Positions 1 to 14,218 of a stretch of DNA of 64,000 bases are shown one piece after another (the first letter of the stretch is position 1; each line of letters opens with the position of its first letter). The position numbers were made by a program, and so were the translations under genes. Under the pieces are notes generated by a model. It worked only from the letters and a program-made list of their open reading frames with translations, was not told the DNA's origin and ran no database searches. This DNA is from the human T2T-CHM13v2.0 reference genome, Homo sapiens, in NCBI RefSeq assembly GCF_009914755.1, contig NC_060939.1; one strand, written 5' to 3'.

Positions 1-640
1 ATTTTCTGAAATGGCCGTGCTAATATACGTTCCTACCAACAATGTACAAGAATTTCCTTTTCTCTACATTCTCACCAACACTTGTTATTATTCATCTTTT
101 TGATCGTCATTGAAACAGGTGTGAGGTGATATCACACTGTGGTTTTTTGGCTGTTTCTTTTTTTTTTAAGCAACAGGTTCTCTGTCACCCAGGCTGGAGT
201 ACCTTGACGATCATGGCTCACTGCAGCCTCAAACTTCAGGGATCAAGAGATTCTCCTGCCTCAGCTTCCAGAGTAGCTGGGATTACAAGCAAAAGCCACC
301 CCAGCCCAGCCTCTTTGTGGTTTTAATTTGCATTTCCCTGAGATACTGAGCATTGTTTGATATATCTTCCATTTACATCTATCCTTTTGATAAACGTCTG
401 CTCAGGTTCTTTGCCTATTTTAAAACCAGGTTACTTATTTTCTTGCTATTGACTTGTTTGGGTTCCTTATGTATTTTGGACATTAGCCCCTTATCAAATA
501 TATGGTTTGCAAATAATATTTTCTTCCAATTCATGGATCGTCTCATCTTTCTGTAAATTGTTTCCTTGGCTATGCAGAAGCTTTTTACTTCGATGTAATT
601 CCATTTGCCTATTTTGCTTTTGCTGTCTGTGCTTTCGGAG
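1..640 (-). mobile_element. Old L1M (L1MA/MB-like) ORF2/3' fragment
   Basis: Typical reverse L1 motifs (cattctcaccaacacttg, gcagaagctttttacttcgatgtaattccatttg); interrupted by an Alu monomer. Confidence 0.85.
154..310 (-). mobile_element. Old Alu monomer (FRAM/AluJ arm)
   Basis: T-tract then ctctgtcacccaggctggag...cccagcc; TGTGGTTTT repeated on both sides. Confidence 0.85.
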
Positions 641-929
641 TCAAAGGAGACCTTTGAGGAGTGAAGTGGCCAAGGGCCCCTAGAAGCAGTAGAGAACCAG
701 CTAGGGACACTACTTCTTGCTAGAGATAAAGCCTAAAAGATCCAACAGTAAAATTCATCTAGGAGGCAAGACTAGAACCCAACGAATACATGTGTTTGTA
801 AATTGGTTCAGAGGGGAGAAAGATAATATGTATAAGGAGATTAGTCCCAACTGGAGCCAAAGTGTTTAAGTGTATTCTGGTGTGAGATGGAACTAAGAGA
901 AAGGGAAAGAAACCAATAGGTATGCTATT

Positions 930-1135
930 CTATCAGACTCAGTTCTAGGCATTTTAATTTCATACTTGTCACCATAGCTTTGGGAAGAAGGTACTGTTAG
1001 CCTCATCTTACAAGTGAGATGACTGAGTCTCAGAGGAGCAAAACAAGGAAGGCCCAACATCATATAGCGAATTAAGGGTGTTGGTTGACTCCTATTGTGC
1101 CTTGCCCAGAATCCAAAGTCGATGCTCTTTCCCTG
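930..1135 (-). mobile_element. MIR fragment
   Basis: cctcatcttacaagtgagatgactgagtctcagagg core similarity. Confidence 0.6.
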
Positions 1136-2475
1136 ACATCCTGTTGCCAATGCAGGCCAGTCTTGTCATGAAAGATTATGGCTTATGTTTTTAAGCATCT
1201 GTGTAAGTTGTACATTTAAAGTCAGCCAATTTTGTGTTAGCAAATGTAGTTACATACTGAGCTCTCTTAATAAAAGGTGAGTGATAATAGTTTGTGCTAA
1301 GAGATAGTATCATATTTTTAGGAAGTTTTGTAAGTCTGGGGAGGTGATGCTAGTCACTTGAAAAGATTTTATTAGGGGTGAAGAAGTTAAGTGCCAATAA
1401 GATTAGTTTTTGAGAATTACAAAATTTTTATAGAAGGTAAGAAATTCAAAAGGATATACAAAGACCCATGAACAGGAACAACAAAAATGTTGCAGAGTTC
1501 ATAAACACAGTTAAGTTATGTTATAACTATTAAATGGCTCCCAAACTATAAGACTGGAATACCTGTATTTGCAGGGAAGCTAAAGGCATGGTGCATTTTT
1601 TGAGGAAAATATTAACTGACGATGAAAGATGGCAGTTTCCAGGTTGTACTAGGAATGTTGTTGCAAAGTGTACAATGCAAAATACTGTATCTCAGAGATT
1701 CAAGAAATGATGTTATGTCAAAACCTCAGATGAATAGTTTTTATTTGCTTGTTTCTGCTCATGTCATCATTCATGTTATTTCTTCAAGCTCAGAGACATA
1801 TTTTTATAGAAATTATAAATCATTTTTGAGATTGCTGTGTGGAATAAGATAAACTCTGAACTCTGGTGTAAGATAGCAAAGGATAGCCTAATCAATTATG
1901 ATGAATTATGTGAGAATGGGGTAGATGGAATAGCTACATCCAGTGGGGCAATTTAGGCTCTGGCATAAAACTCAGGAACAAGAGAGGAGACCGACTCCAG
2001 TGCAGCAGAGAAAACCTGCCACCTGGAGAGTACACGTCAGACCACAGATGATGGCTTCTAAAGCATTTAGGACTCTAACTCTGGATATCACTTGGATAGG
2101 CTCTCAACATCCCAGAATGAGAACTATTAAGAGAAATACAAATCCTAGGAGGGATTGAGGTACTAGAGAGGTTATCAAGAGAATTACCTAGTTACCTAAA
2201 CTAAGACCCAAGGTGAGAAATGAGTATCTGAAACAGGTAAAAGCTTTATTGTTCAGAAGGTATCCAAGGACTGAGCCCAATTTGCAAGCAAAATGTTTTG
2301 ATGCTGAGTCCAAGGGAGATGGACTCAAATAGAACTGTTTCCTGCACTAAAGATAGTAGCTTAGGTTGCCTCCATAGGCTGTAAAACTGGACAGAGCTAA
2401 ATGCATTGATTGAGTTCTACACCATGGCTCATTTCAGCCTATTGTATGCTTCTGTTAAAAAAATATGCTATGAAT

Positions 2476-2811
<336 letters not shown>

Positions 2812-4439
2812 TCATCAAACTTGATTTACTGACTCTCAGCTACTTCCAAATATTAAATAAACCATCTGAAGATAAAAGTGATTAATAATTGGCAGATTCA
2901 AACAACTGTGAAATAAGAAGAAATGATCCATAGGCAATGCCAAAAGGTCCCAAGATATATTGAGCAATGTCACTTTATTTAGAATAAGTATGTCTCTCCC
3001 TCATCCCTCCAAGCATCTTCACTGCCCTCAACATATCCTTCATTTTCTCCCTAACTCAACCATGATGACTTCAAAAAGGATGCTTTTTATTTTGGAGTAT
3101 GAAATTTGTTATGCGTGTATGTGTTTTATATAGCATTGGCACACACAAACACATACTTTCTTTAGTTTTCTTAAGAACCCTAGAAGGTGTGGAGCTTAAT
3201 ACTGGGTAACATTTATTAATTCCTTTCTTATGTGCCAGATACTATTCTAAATACTTCACTAAATCATATCTTCACAATAACCCTATGAAATGGGTATTAT
3301 ATTTGACTTCATTTTATGGATGTGAAACAGAAATACTGTAACCTATCTAAGAGGAGGGGGAAGAAAACCCAGAAGTAGCAAATCCAGTATTTGTACTTTG
3401 GCGTTTATCTTCCACATTCTGTGTGCTTAATTAAGCATTACCCCATGCAGCCTAGTTTAGGATTCCAGAAATTAAGTGTCGGTGTTCAACTATATAAGAT
3501 GAGAAACTGAGGTGGTAAATATTGATTTACCCGACAGCACCAATTTGTCAGTAGAACTGCAATTACAAGCTATTTTCCCAAATCATAAGCCAGCACTCAA
3601 ACGATCAGATCTTTCTCCCATTTTACATGATGATATTACAGGCAACATGATTATTCAGGTGTCATTTCTGTATAATTTGTGATAAAAGAAATTGTTGACC
3701 GCATATAATCATGGCAACAAGAAATGACAGCTTGAATATAATCTTCTTATTTCCCAGAGATGTAGGTTAAGCTTCCCCTGCCCTTTTAATGCCTTTTCTG
3801 ATGCTGACAGTGTCTTGTGGAAAGCCCGTGGTTTTAGATTTACATTTCTGTTCTTTAGTGATTACAGTTAAGGCACACATACTGGTGTTCCTATACACAT
3901 ACATAAAATGATAATTTACTTAATGTTTAAGAAAGCATTTTACTATCTGAGAGAAATGGATAGGAAATTCTCGAGCTGATCAACATGCCCTTTGCATTTT
4001 CTAGAAACAAAATGCAAATGGGATATTTTAAAAAGTCACCTATCATATATATTGAATCCTCATAAAACGTTAATGGAGTAGACTATGGCTGAAGTCCTCA
4101 AGTCTCTATTCCCTGAAGATAGTTACCGGTCATTAATGTAGGTTGTAAATGTAGCATATGATGAGATCAGGTGACAGGCCCAGGATTTCTGAATCCTCCT
4201 CTGGTATTCTTTGCACAATAACATGCTCTTAGCTACTTGTGCACGTTTATGCTTCTTTCTTCTAGAAGTTAGAACACCTGGCCTGTAATACAAACTTTGG
4301 GACTGCGTCAAGGGTATTTCTCTACTGATTGCTAAAGTTAGTGGTTCTCAGGTTGCAGTAAAATCATCTGGAGTCATTTATTAAAGACATAGATTCCTTC
4401 ATCCAGTCTCCAGCTGATTTTGCTGTAGGGAAACCCATG

Positions 4440-5160
4440 GATCACATTAAGAAATACTTAATAGTTGATAATTAATATATCATCCCAAGTACTCCTTTCA
4501 CTCTTTTTTGAGTGATTTGATTAGTTCCATTGGCTACAGTTATCATCTGTATCCTGATGATTCCAAATCAGTGTCTTTGGGCTAATTTTCCTCTGTCAAA
4601 CCTAGACTGTTATATATATTTATTCTTTCAGTCATTAATTCATGCATTGGTTCATTCTTCAATAAATCTTTAATTTCCTGGCTGGGCGTCTGGGATATAG
4701 CAGTGACAAATCATATTTGGTCTTTGTCTTCAGTGAAGTGGGTGAGAGGAATTTAATTTTAAAAATTACACAAATATATTGTTTCCAACTTTGATAATGG
4801 CTGTAGAAGAAAATCCAAAGTGTTAAGAGAGCACATTACAGCTTAGAGGTTACAGAAGGCTTCCCTAAGGAAATGGTATTTGATCTGAGATTTGAAGAAT
4901 GAATACATTGAGCCAGGCTAAGAGAAAGGAAAAGATCCCCTCAGGCAGAGGAAATAGCATGAGCCACGTTCTATAGGCAGGAAATGGTATGATGTGTTTG
5001 AGGAATTGAGAAAAAAAAAGAAAAAAAAAAAACAGGAAAAGCATGTAAGAGAAATCTGGTGCAATAATCAGAGGCCACCTTTTCTGTGTCTTTTGAATTT
5101 TTCGGAGATTTTATTTTTACTCCTAGACACTATGGAAAGCCATGGAAGAAGAGTAAGATA
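4440..5160. mobile_element. L2 fragments
   Basis: ggcttccctaaggaaatggtatttgatctgagatttgaag...ggcagaggaaatagcatg L2-like stretch; boundaries approximate. Confidence 0.6.
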
Positions 5161-5209
5161 ATGAGTTGTAGGAGTTATGTCAAACAAGATATCCTGTTGA
5201 ACTCTCCTC

Positions 5210-5508
5210 TTTTGTTTTGTTTTTGAGACAGAGTCTCGCTCTGTCGCCCAGGGTGGAGTGCAGTGGCAGGATCTCGGCTCACTGCAACCTCCACCCCTCC
5301 GGATTCAAGTGATTTTCCTGCCTCAGCTTCCCAAGTAGCTGGGATTACAGGCATGTGCCACCACGCCTGGCTAATTTTTGTGTTTTTTAGTACAGATGGG
5401 GTTTTATCATGTTGGCCAGGCTGGACTTGAACTCCTGACTTCAAATGATCTGCCTGCCTCTGCCTCCCCAAGTGCTGGGATCACAGACGTAAGCCACAGT
5501 GCCTGGCC
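5210..5508 (-). mobile_element. AluS (Sx/Sz-like)
   Basis: Full reverse dimer. Confidence 0.93.
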
Positions 5509-6491
5509 TCTCCCTGGGTTTTCTGTCTCAACAGATGGCACCACCATCCTCTGTTTGCTTAAGACAGGGTTGTCCTCCTTAGCAGTTTATTTGACACACT
5601 GTAGTGAAAATTTGCACATTTCCTTTTTTTTTTTTTTTCTGGCTTTTCAGCATCTGAATTCCTTTCTTATTGGTGTCTCCTTACTAGTAGGTAAGCCCTT
5701 AGAAGGAAGTAGTGCTCTATGTGCTACCACAAAGCTGAAGGGAATAGAAGCGCCTTCTTCCCACCCCTATCAGCCATGCCTTGAGCACATGTCAAACTTG
5801 GCTAACTGGAAATGCCTGCCCAGAACTTTGAATTGGGAGGAAGTGGTAGGAGATAGGGATAAGTAGACATTGTACATTAACACTGTACATAAACTAATAA
5901 ATCCAGGTTAATAGTTGCAGCTGCCCATGGTTTAAGTACCAGTAGTGGTGAACTTACTGTAGTGAGTGTTGGCTGGGATCTATGTCATCTTGACTCCTAT
6001 ATCTCAAGCTAAGTTTTTCAGACTTTCAGTTGATTTCATAATGTACACAATGAACTATTTTCTCCTTTTATTAGCAAAAGTGAATTTTCCTATGTGGGGT
6101 ACATTCATCACCTCAAACTCAGTTATTGAATAAGGCCGGGCAACTTTGCCTTCTAATTGTCTCTCAATCTCCATTGAACATCGGACAACAATGGACCATT
6201 GCTGTAGCCTCAAAACTAGTCTCCGTCTCTATTTCTTTCCCCATCCCTGCTCTGCCACTAATCCATCACGTCTCAGCATCCAGCGATACATATAAATTGG
6301 CAAAACTAAAAATGTCTTTATATAACTTTTAGAGTAAGGGCAAAATGACAGCGAGCCCATAGCGCTGAAAATTGCTGTTTTCCTGCTGCCTCCCTCATCT
6401 CCTGCGAGGCAAGTGGTATGCCTGGTACCCTTGGCATTTTTCCCAGTGCCCACCAGTGGTCAACCATGACTCAGCCAAGCACAGTGGTTAA

Positions 6492-6752
<261 letters not shown>

Positions 6753-7589
6753 TGATAAAATAAATACATAAAAGATGAATTTTCAGCCAAACCAGTAAGT
6801 AATCAGTAGGGAGGCAACCTACCTAAAACGCACAGACTTCTTTTGATTTTAAACTATTTATGAGAAATATTAATCAGAAGCCAAATGCTACAGTTACCTT
6901 CCTAAACATTTCTTAACTAAACCATCCAGAATGCATTTTGGGAATTGATTGTGATTATTTTTGGGTTTGAATTCTTGAAAGACTCTGGGCACAGACAGCT
7001 TGGTGAAACTGGACTTAGCATTAATAGCTTCAGTTATTGATGTTTTCATGAAACACAAAAAATGTGCCTCTGCCTGTACTCTCTGGCTTTTTAACTGTGT
7101 TGCCTCGGGGCAATTTCAACATAGGGAACCAAATAAGTCAATCAACATTTATTGAGTGCTAGTAGTGTGATGAACTCAAGATTAGGGCTGCAGGGAGAAG
7201 GCACATGATACAAACACGTGGTTTCCTTCCTTGATACTATTATGATCTGGTTCAAGTGAATTCACAATTATTTCTTGAGCTGACTGTTGTGAGAGGCATT
7301 GTAGCTGATACTCATATTATCATTCAATTGTTTTTTGAAAATATTTATTAGCACCTACTGAATGTATACAGTGAATGACATCGTGGTTATAAGTAGAAGA
7401 GAAGACACAGAAAAATAAATAACTGGATAATTAATGACATTACAATTAAAATACTAATTATTACCTATTCATTATTATTAGTAATCAGCAAGAAAGTAAG
7501 ACAATGCCATAAAATGGCACTTATGCAGCCAAACTGACAGAGGTGAGCACTTTGCATGCATTTTCCCACTTAAGCCTTCACACAGCTTC

Positions 7590-8075
7590 AGAAGGTGCGG
7601 CAGAGGTTCCCGGGACCCTATGCGGCCCTACTCAGCCTTGCTCTGATTTCAGCTGCAGCTCCGGTGGACCAGAGCATATGGTCATGCTCAGCTTCATCTT
7701 TCACTCAAGTGAACACCTTCATCTTTTCAGATCTCTGCCTCAGTCTTCTCTGATATTGAGGGATTCCACTCAGCAACCCTCAACCAGTAAAGGACAGCAG
7801 ATCCAGGATAAATGCTGCAGCTTTCCACCCTTTGGGAGGGCAATTCAGGGCAGCACACTGAACCCAAGTCTGGAGGTCTTAGCTGAGTCAAGTCCCTATT
7901 GTCTGCTGCTGCAGCAGCGGCAGCAGGTTCAGTCATTCATCCTTATATAGGCTTTTTCTCCACCTCTACCTCATTCTCCCTGCCCCTCTTCCTGCTTCCA
8001 GGGACCACCTTCCAAACTACCCACCCCCATGTCCGTGTCCCAGGCTCTACTTTTGGCAAGACCCAAATTCAGACC
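7590..8075 (+). mobile_element. ERVL solo LTR (LTR16-like)
   Basis: 3' end gggaccaccttccaaactac...caggctctacttttggcaagacccaaattcagac resembles LTR16-family termini. Confidence 0.6.
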
Positions 8076-8430
8076 CGAGGTCATGACTATTAATATCCTC
8101 ATTTTGCTCCTGAGGTGACAGATCCCTAGACCATTAAGCTGAATGTTACTTACTTAGTTAACGCCCCTTAAGCAGAGCCAGTATTCAAATACCTGCCCCT
8201 GCGGTTAGTTGTTATACAAACTCCTGTGAACAATATAAAGGTAACTGTGAAAAAGGTCTAACTGATTGCAGTCCAGGTGTGAGAGAACTTAGAGATAATC
8301 TCAGACAGTAAGGTCAATCGGGTAGAAATTATTGTTAGTAGTAGTAGTAAATAAGCAAAAACTTTTGTATAAATGTTGAAAACTATCACAGCAAAATTAT
8401 GTAGAAGTAAATGTGGCTTCCATCATCCTC

Positions 8431-8820
8431 TTCTTACCCCCATCTTTGTTTGTATTGCTATAACAAAATATCTGAGACAGGGTAATTTATAAAGAATAGA
8501 AATTTATTTTCTCACAGTTCCAGAGGTTGGGAAGTTTAAGTCCCGGTTCAGTTTTCCAGTGAGGGCTGCTCTCTGCTTCTAAGATGGTGCCTTGAATGCT
8601 GCATCTTCCAGAAAGAAAAAAACACTGTGTCCTCAGGTGGCAGAAGGAGGAAGTGCAAAAAGGGATGAACTATCTTTATTAAGCCCTTTTATAAGAGCCC
8701 AAAATCCTATTTGTGAGGGCAGAGCCCTCCTGATTTTATTACTACCTTCTAATACTGTTGCATTTGGAATTAAGTTTCAGCATGAATTTGAGAGGATGAA
8801 AACATTCAAACCATAGTACA
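8431..8820 (-). mobile_element. MaLR solo LTR (MST-like)
   Basis: gctataacaaaatatctgagacagggtaatttataaagaatagaaatttattttctcacagttc...catgaatttgagaggatgaaaacattcaaaccatag. Confidence 0.85.
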
Positions 8821-8986
8821 CCTCTTTTTCCAGTCACACTCCCCAGTCTCTTAGGCCTGTGATGCTGTGTCTCCCAATTATCAAGTATCTAGTAGCTCAT
8901 TGGTCTTTGCTTCATCATCCCCTGACCTTCCTTTCATTGCTTTGTAGAATGAGTGATATTTATCGTAACTGATTTTCAGTTGATAA

Positions 8987-9325
<339 letters not shown>

Positions 9326-10652
9326 GGTGAAGTAACATTATTTTAGCAACTGAACACACATCAGGCTGGGCTTGAAGGAATCATCTTTGGACAATTTGAA
9401 GTTTCTACATTTTGACAGGAAGTTATTACTGATAGAGGGACATAGAACCAGAGCATTAGTTGTACCAAATATGTAGGAAGATGCACAAGTGTATGTGTTT
9501 GCTTGTGTGCATGTGTGTGCATGCATAATGACTTACCTGTACAGGTAACTGAGCAAATGGCTTTCATTGATGCCTTTTATAGATACTATAGAAATAAGGA
9601 TCAAATATTAATACAATAAAGCTTTGATATGGCTGCATAAAATTAAGCATAATTATAGTCAAGTATGTTATCTGCTTAACATGGTCATGTTATTATCAAA
9701 ACAAATTATGCAAAATAAATTATGGCATATCATTCATGAACTTTATCATACATTTTGCTTGTTACAACATTTAATTTTTCCACAGGGCTTGATCTTTATG
9801 GTCTGCTGCTTAGGTAAATCACTTTTCTTACCCCAATGTAAATAGCTACCGGAAGTATTAATTAGAAGGATTTTCTTGTCTTATGGCAAAGGCATGAGTC
9901 TACATGTCTTAAAGACTGAGGATGATTATAGAATGAGGAAATATATGTACTTTGCAGTTCAGGGTCAGATGACTGCTTTGTCCTGAGAGGTATTACTCAG
10001 TTGCAAATGTACTCATTTATTACAGTAATTTGATTCAATTGGTAGCTTTGCTTTCTCTGGCATTGTTCATTTTTAGTATGAACGATTTAGAAAGAATAGC
10101 AATTTGTGTGGAAGGAAGTGATTTTCATGTCAAGGTACGTCAAATCAGGTTGATAGGAAAACACTCCTTTGATTACAAGGCCGGATAAACATGAGAGATG
10201 CTTGGACAGGCCTAACAGCCCAGTCATCAAATAAACTTTTCCCACCTTCCTGGGTGCCTTCATTGCGTTGATGAGTGATTGCTCAGGTTTGAAATTCAGG
10301 TAACTAGTAGGGAGTTGTTTATTTTGTCATAATCTATTTAGCACAAGGTATCCAATTTTTGAAAAACTCTCGCTTTTAAGATGCAACAGTAGACAACAAA
10401 GGAAGATATGTATATGTATTGTGACATTTCTTAGAACTCCAGGTTTTCTAGGCTGGAAGGGACCTTCTAAATCATTTAGGCCAATCCTGTCACTTAAAAG
10501 CTGAAATAATAATAAGAGCCTAAAGGTTAAATATTTTGTCTGAGAAAATACAAGTTATTGTGCTGGAGGATTTCCTAGAAACTGGTTCTCCTCATGTGGT
10601 CCCCCATAGAAGTAATAACAGTACGCTGATATTAAAATAGATTTTCCTTTAA

Positions 10653-10988
10653 ATGAACTAATGGGATTTGCAGCAATCCGGATGGGATTGGAGACAATTA
10701 TTCTAAGTGAAGTAACTCAGGAATGGAAAACCAAACATCATATGTTCTCACTCATAAGTGGGAGCTAATCTATGAGGAAGGAAAGGCATAAGAATGATAC
10801 AATTGACTTTGGGGACTCAGGGTGAAAGGGTGGGAAGGTGGTGAGAGATAAAAGACTACAAATTGAGTTCAGTGTATGCTGCTTGGGTGATGGGGGCACC
10901 AAAATCTCAAAAATCACCACTAAAGAACTTACTCATGTAACCAAATACCACGTGTTCCCTAAAAACCTATGGAAATAAAAAAAATTTA
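10653..10988 (+). mobile_element. L1PB-like 3' end fragment
   Basis: ctaagtgaagtaactcaggaatggaaaaccaaacatc...aaaaacctatggaaataaaa; TSD AGATTTTCCTTTAA 10639-10652 / AGATGTTCCTTTAA 10989-11002. Confidence 0.9.
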
Positions 10989-11324
10989 AGATGTTCCTTT
11001 AATAATGGCATAGATGTAATTAATAATGAGACTTATCGCCTCAGAACCCACCCCTTAGTTTATAAAAAAAAAGATACAAATAAAAAATACACAATGTACT
11101 TCTATTTACCAATATTCTGATAAAAAGCTGAAAATGCAAAACATAAAGTGTTCACACATTTTGGAAGAGGTTAGAGAAACACTGTTACTTTGGATATACC
11201 TTAGTTCCTAATTTTTTTAATTAAATGACAAGAAAAAATTTTTGGATTATTTTGCTAACTTATTGACTTATCTTATTGTCGTGGGATTTTTGAACTGGAA
11301 TCTGTCTTGAAGATCATTGAGAGC

Positions 11325-11492
11325 AGCTGTTCTCAAGCCTGGATGCATGCCAGCAAAATTTTATATACACACATTCCGTGAACCACACACCCAAGGATTC
11401 TGATTCAGTGGGCCCCAAGAAGGACCTGGGAATAAGTATTGTGAATAAAATCCCCTAAAGTTTTGGAGACTGGCCACGTTGGAGAATCCTCT
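11325..11492. mobile_element. MER5-like hAT MITE
   Basis: cagctgttctcaagcctggatgcat...gattctgattcagtggg...ttggagaatcctct. Confidence 0.6.
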
Positions 11493-14091
11493 ATCTAATT
11501 CAGTCCTCTTGTTTTGCAGATGAGAAAAGCCAAAACCCAGAGATATTATGTACCTGGGTAATTTTTAAATGTTAGGACAGCACATGATATGGTGAGAGAG
11601 GGATCTAGCACCCCTCAGGAAAATGGTCCAAGCACAAGCCAAATGAAGGTTCTCACAGTGAACTCCTTGAGCATAGGAGATCTGTATGTCCTTTCACTCT
11701 TCATTTCTGTGGGCTAGAAGAATTATGCAAAAGCAATGAGCTTTCTAATATAAGCCTCTGCTATATACAGTGGGGTTTCATCACAGGGTCATTGAATTTA
11801 GTCCAACTTTGCTGGCAAAGACAAAGAGAAAAGGAGATACAGATAATGATTTAAATAGTGCTAGCGATTTCTCTGGCCAATCCATTCTGCGAGCTTTTGT
11901 TCCAGAATGGACTTCCCTGGCTTGCTGTCTGTCCCAGGAGGCTGACCCCTGTGTATTGGATCACCCAGCCTTCTTTGCCAGCAGGCTTGTGGTCAAGTTT
12001 GCAGGTCAAATAGCAGCAGGGAAAGGTCAGAGTGTCTTTGCTCACTCCCTGTTTTGGTGCCTCAGCTCTAGCTGTAAGTGTGTGTCTACCATTTACTGCT
12101 GTAAGCTACTGAAGCAGCTTGTGTTGGGCACCGAGCACACAATTTCCTCCTTTTGTCTTAGGTGTTAGGCATGACAATCATTTTCTTGTGTACAAAGTCT
12201 GTCTCTCTCTGGGGCCTTACCATCTCTTTTTGTTCCCTTACCTTATCTTACACCTCTGTAATTTATGCTTTTGTTAAAGAAATCTATTTGAATTAGTGGT
12301 ATTAACTCTGTTTTCTTCAGGCACCTAGGTTAATACAAGATGGGAAATATAATTGTTTCTCTCAATAATTCTAAATTTTTGAGTTTCCTTAAAAAGTCAC
12401 TATCTCCTTGAACCGAAAATGATTAATGTTTAAGAATACAATGATGTGAAATTCTTAGTGTATTTGCTTGATTTGCATGGTACATTGCTGTACATTTTAT
12501 CATCTTGCATACATACTACTGTACAGATTTGTTGATACAAAACTATACACAATGTACTTTGTGAACTGTTTAAGATGTTTTGAAAGATAATTTTGACTAC
12601 ATGATCTTTACTCCTTAGAAGCTGACTTCAGAACCTCCTCAGTGGTTGCAGTTCAGTTCAGTTTGTTTCACTGTATCTATCACAAAAGATTTTAAACCTG
12701 GGAGACTACTCTGAAGTAAGAGAACCGACGTAGAAATAACCCAGTTTATCTAATCCTTTTAACCTACAGTTTGCTGTGGCCTAGGAGTCTGAAACTCTTC
12801 TTCCCAATGACCACTTCAAAATGCCTCCCAGAAGATATAAACTAGTACATCCACTTCCAAGGATGATTTGGCAATATTTAGCAAAGTTTTAACATACCCT
12901 TCTTCCATTGTTTTTTTTTATGAATGACTCTTCAGATATACATTTATAGGGATATTCTTTGCAGCATTGTCTTATGAAAAACAGTATACAACCTACACAT
13001 GTCTAAAGGGGCCTTGTTAAAAAATGTATAATGTACCCAGAAAATGTATTAGTCCACTTTCATTATAAAAAATGAGGCATACCTAGATGCTTGCGATATA
13101 TTAAGTCAAACAAAAATCCAAAGTGCAGAATAGCATGTTACATGATTACATATACACACTGTATCTATTTCCCTTTATATCTTCCTATGTTTTTATTTTT
13201 TTTTGTTCTTTCTAAACATCATAGGCATGCATGATTTGTATAGCAAAAATCAAAATGCTCCAGTGATGGTGATGAGAATTTGGAAGCACCCAGTAAACAC
13301 TGTTAGTCAGATGACAAACTTCATAGGAACTCATTTTCTCCAACTGAGAGATCCTTCTGTATGGGAAGCTCCCTCTAAATTTCACTGGCCTTCTTCTACT
13401 CACTTTAAACCTAGAGCCCATTCTTAGATGCATGCACCTTTGTCACTGTGGAGGTGACTGGATTTCTGACCCGATTTACAGAGAGATGCCTGTGTCCCAG
13501 CACCATCACTCAGAGAAAAACGTGGAAGCCAATTTGCACAGGCATGGGAAGTTTTCCATCAACCAAGATAGCAGAAACACAAATGAGAATAGATGAGCGC
13601 ACCCAATGCTAGGAAGCAGAGAGTCTGGGGCAAAATTCCAAAAAGCCGAGCCACTTACAGAAAAGTTTCACAAGGTGGGGAGGTATTGCAACACCGAGAG
13701 GATGATTTGGATTCTTACGTGCAGCCGTTGGATGCCAGAAAGATAGAGAAGATGAAGATATGGTCATACATTTCTGTCTTGAGAAGAAGATCTGGTAGTA
13801 ATACTTCAGGGATTTTGTAGTCTTCCCATCTAGGAATTGAGGTTATAAAGAATTATTGTCATTCTAGGTGACTGCAAGCCAAGTTGAGAGGTTTCTCTAA
13901 AGAGAATGACCCCTTCCTTTCTGAGGACACTTGATTGTCTCTGTCAGCCTTCAGTCTTGTATTCATTCTCAATGAACCTTAGAATTCCAGGATGTGAGAA
14001 ATTAACCGCAAGTTGTTACTGATAAAAGCTTCAAAGTTTCCCTGGCACCCTAATATGCCAAGGCTGAAGATGTCTCTATAATGGTCTAATT

Positions 14092-14218
14092 CAGTGGTTT
14101 TCAACTTGAGGTGCGACTGACACTACTGGGCAGAGGCCAAGGATGCTGTTGATCATTCTGTAGTGCCCAGGGCAGCCCACAACAAAGAATGATCTGGTGC
14201 AGATGGAGAAATCCTGAT
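14092..14218. mobile_element. MER20-like hAT fragment
   Basis: cagtggttttcaac...gggcagaggccaaggatgctg...cagggcagcccacaacaaagaatgatc. Confidence 0.75.

Noticed and set aside
7903-7926. CTG/CAG palindromic triplets encoding poly-Ala or poly-Gln
   Set aside because: Too short and lies within an LTR remnant.
11770-12168. 132-aa ORF and AGGTCA-like half-sites in unique sequence
   Set aside because: GTG start, no recognisable homology, and half-site spacing is not a standard nuclear-receptor arrangement.
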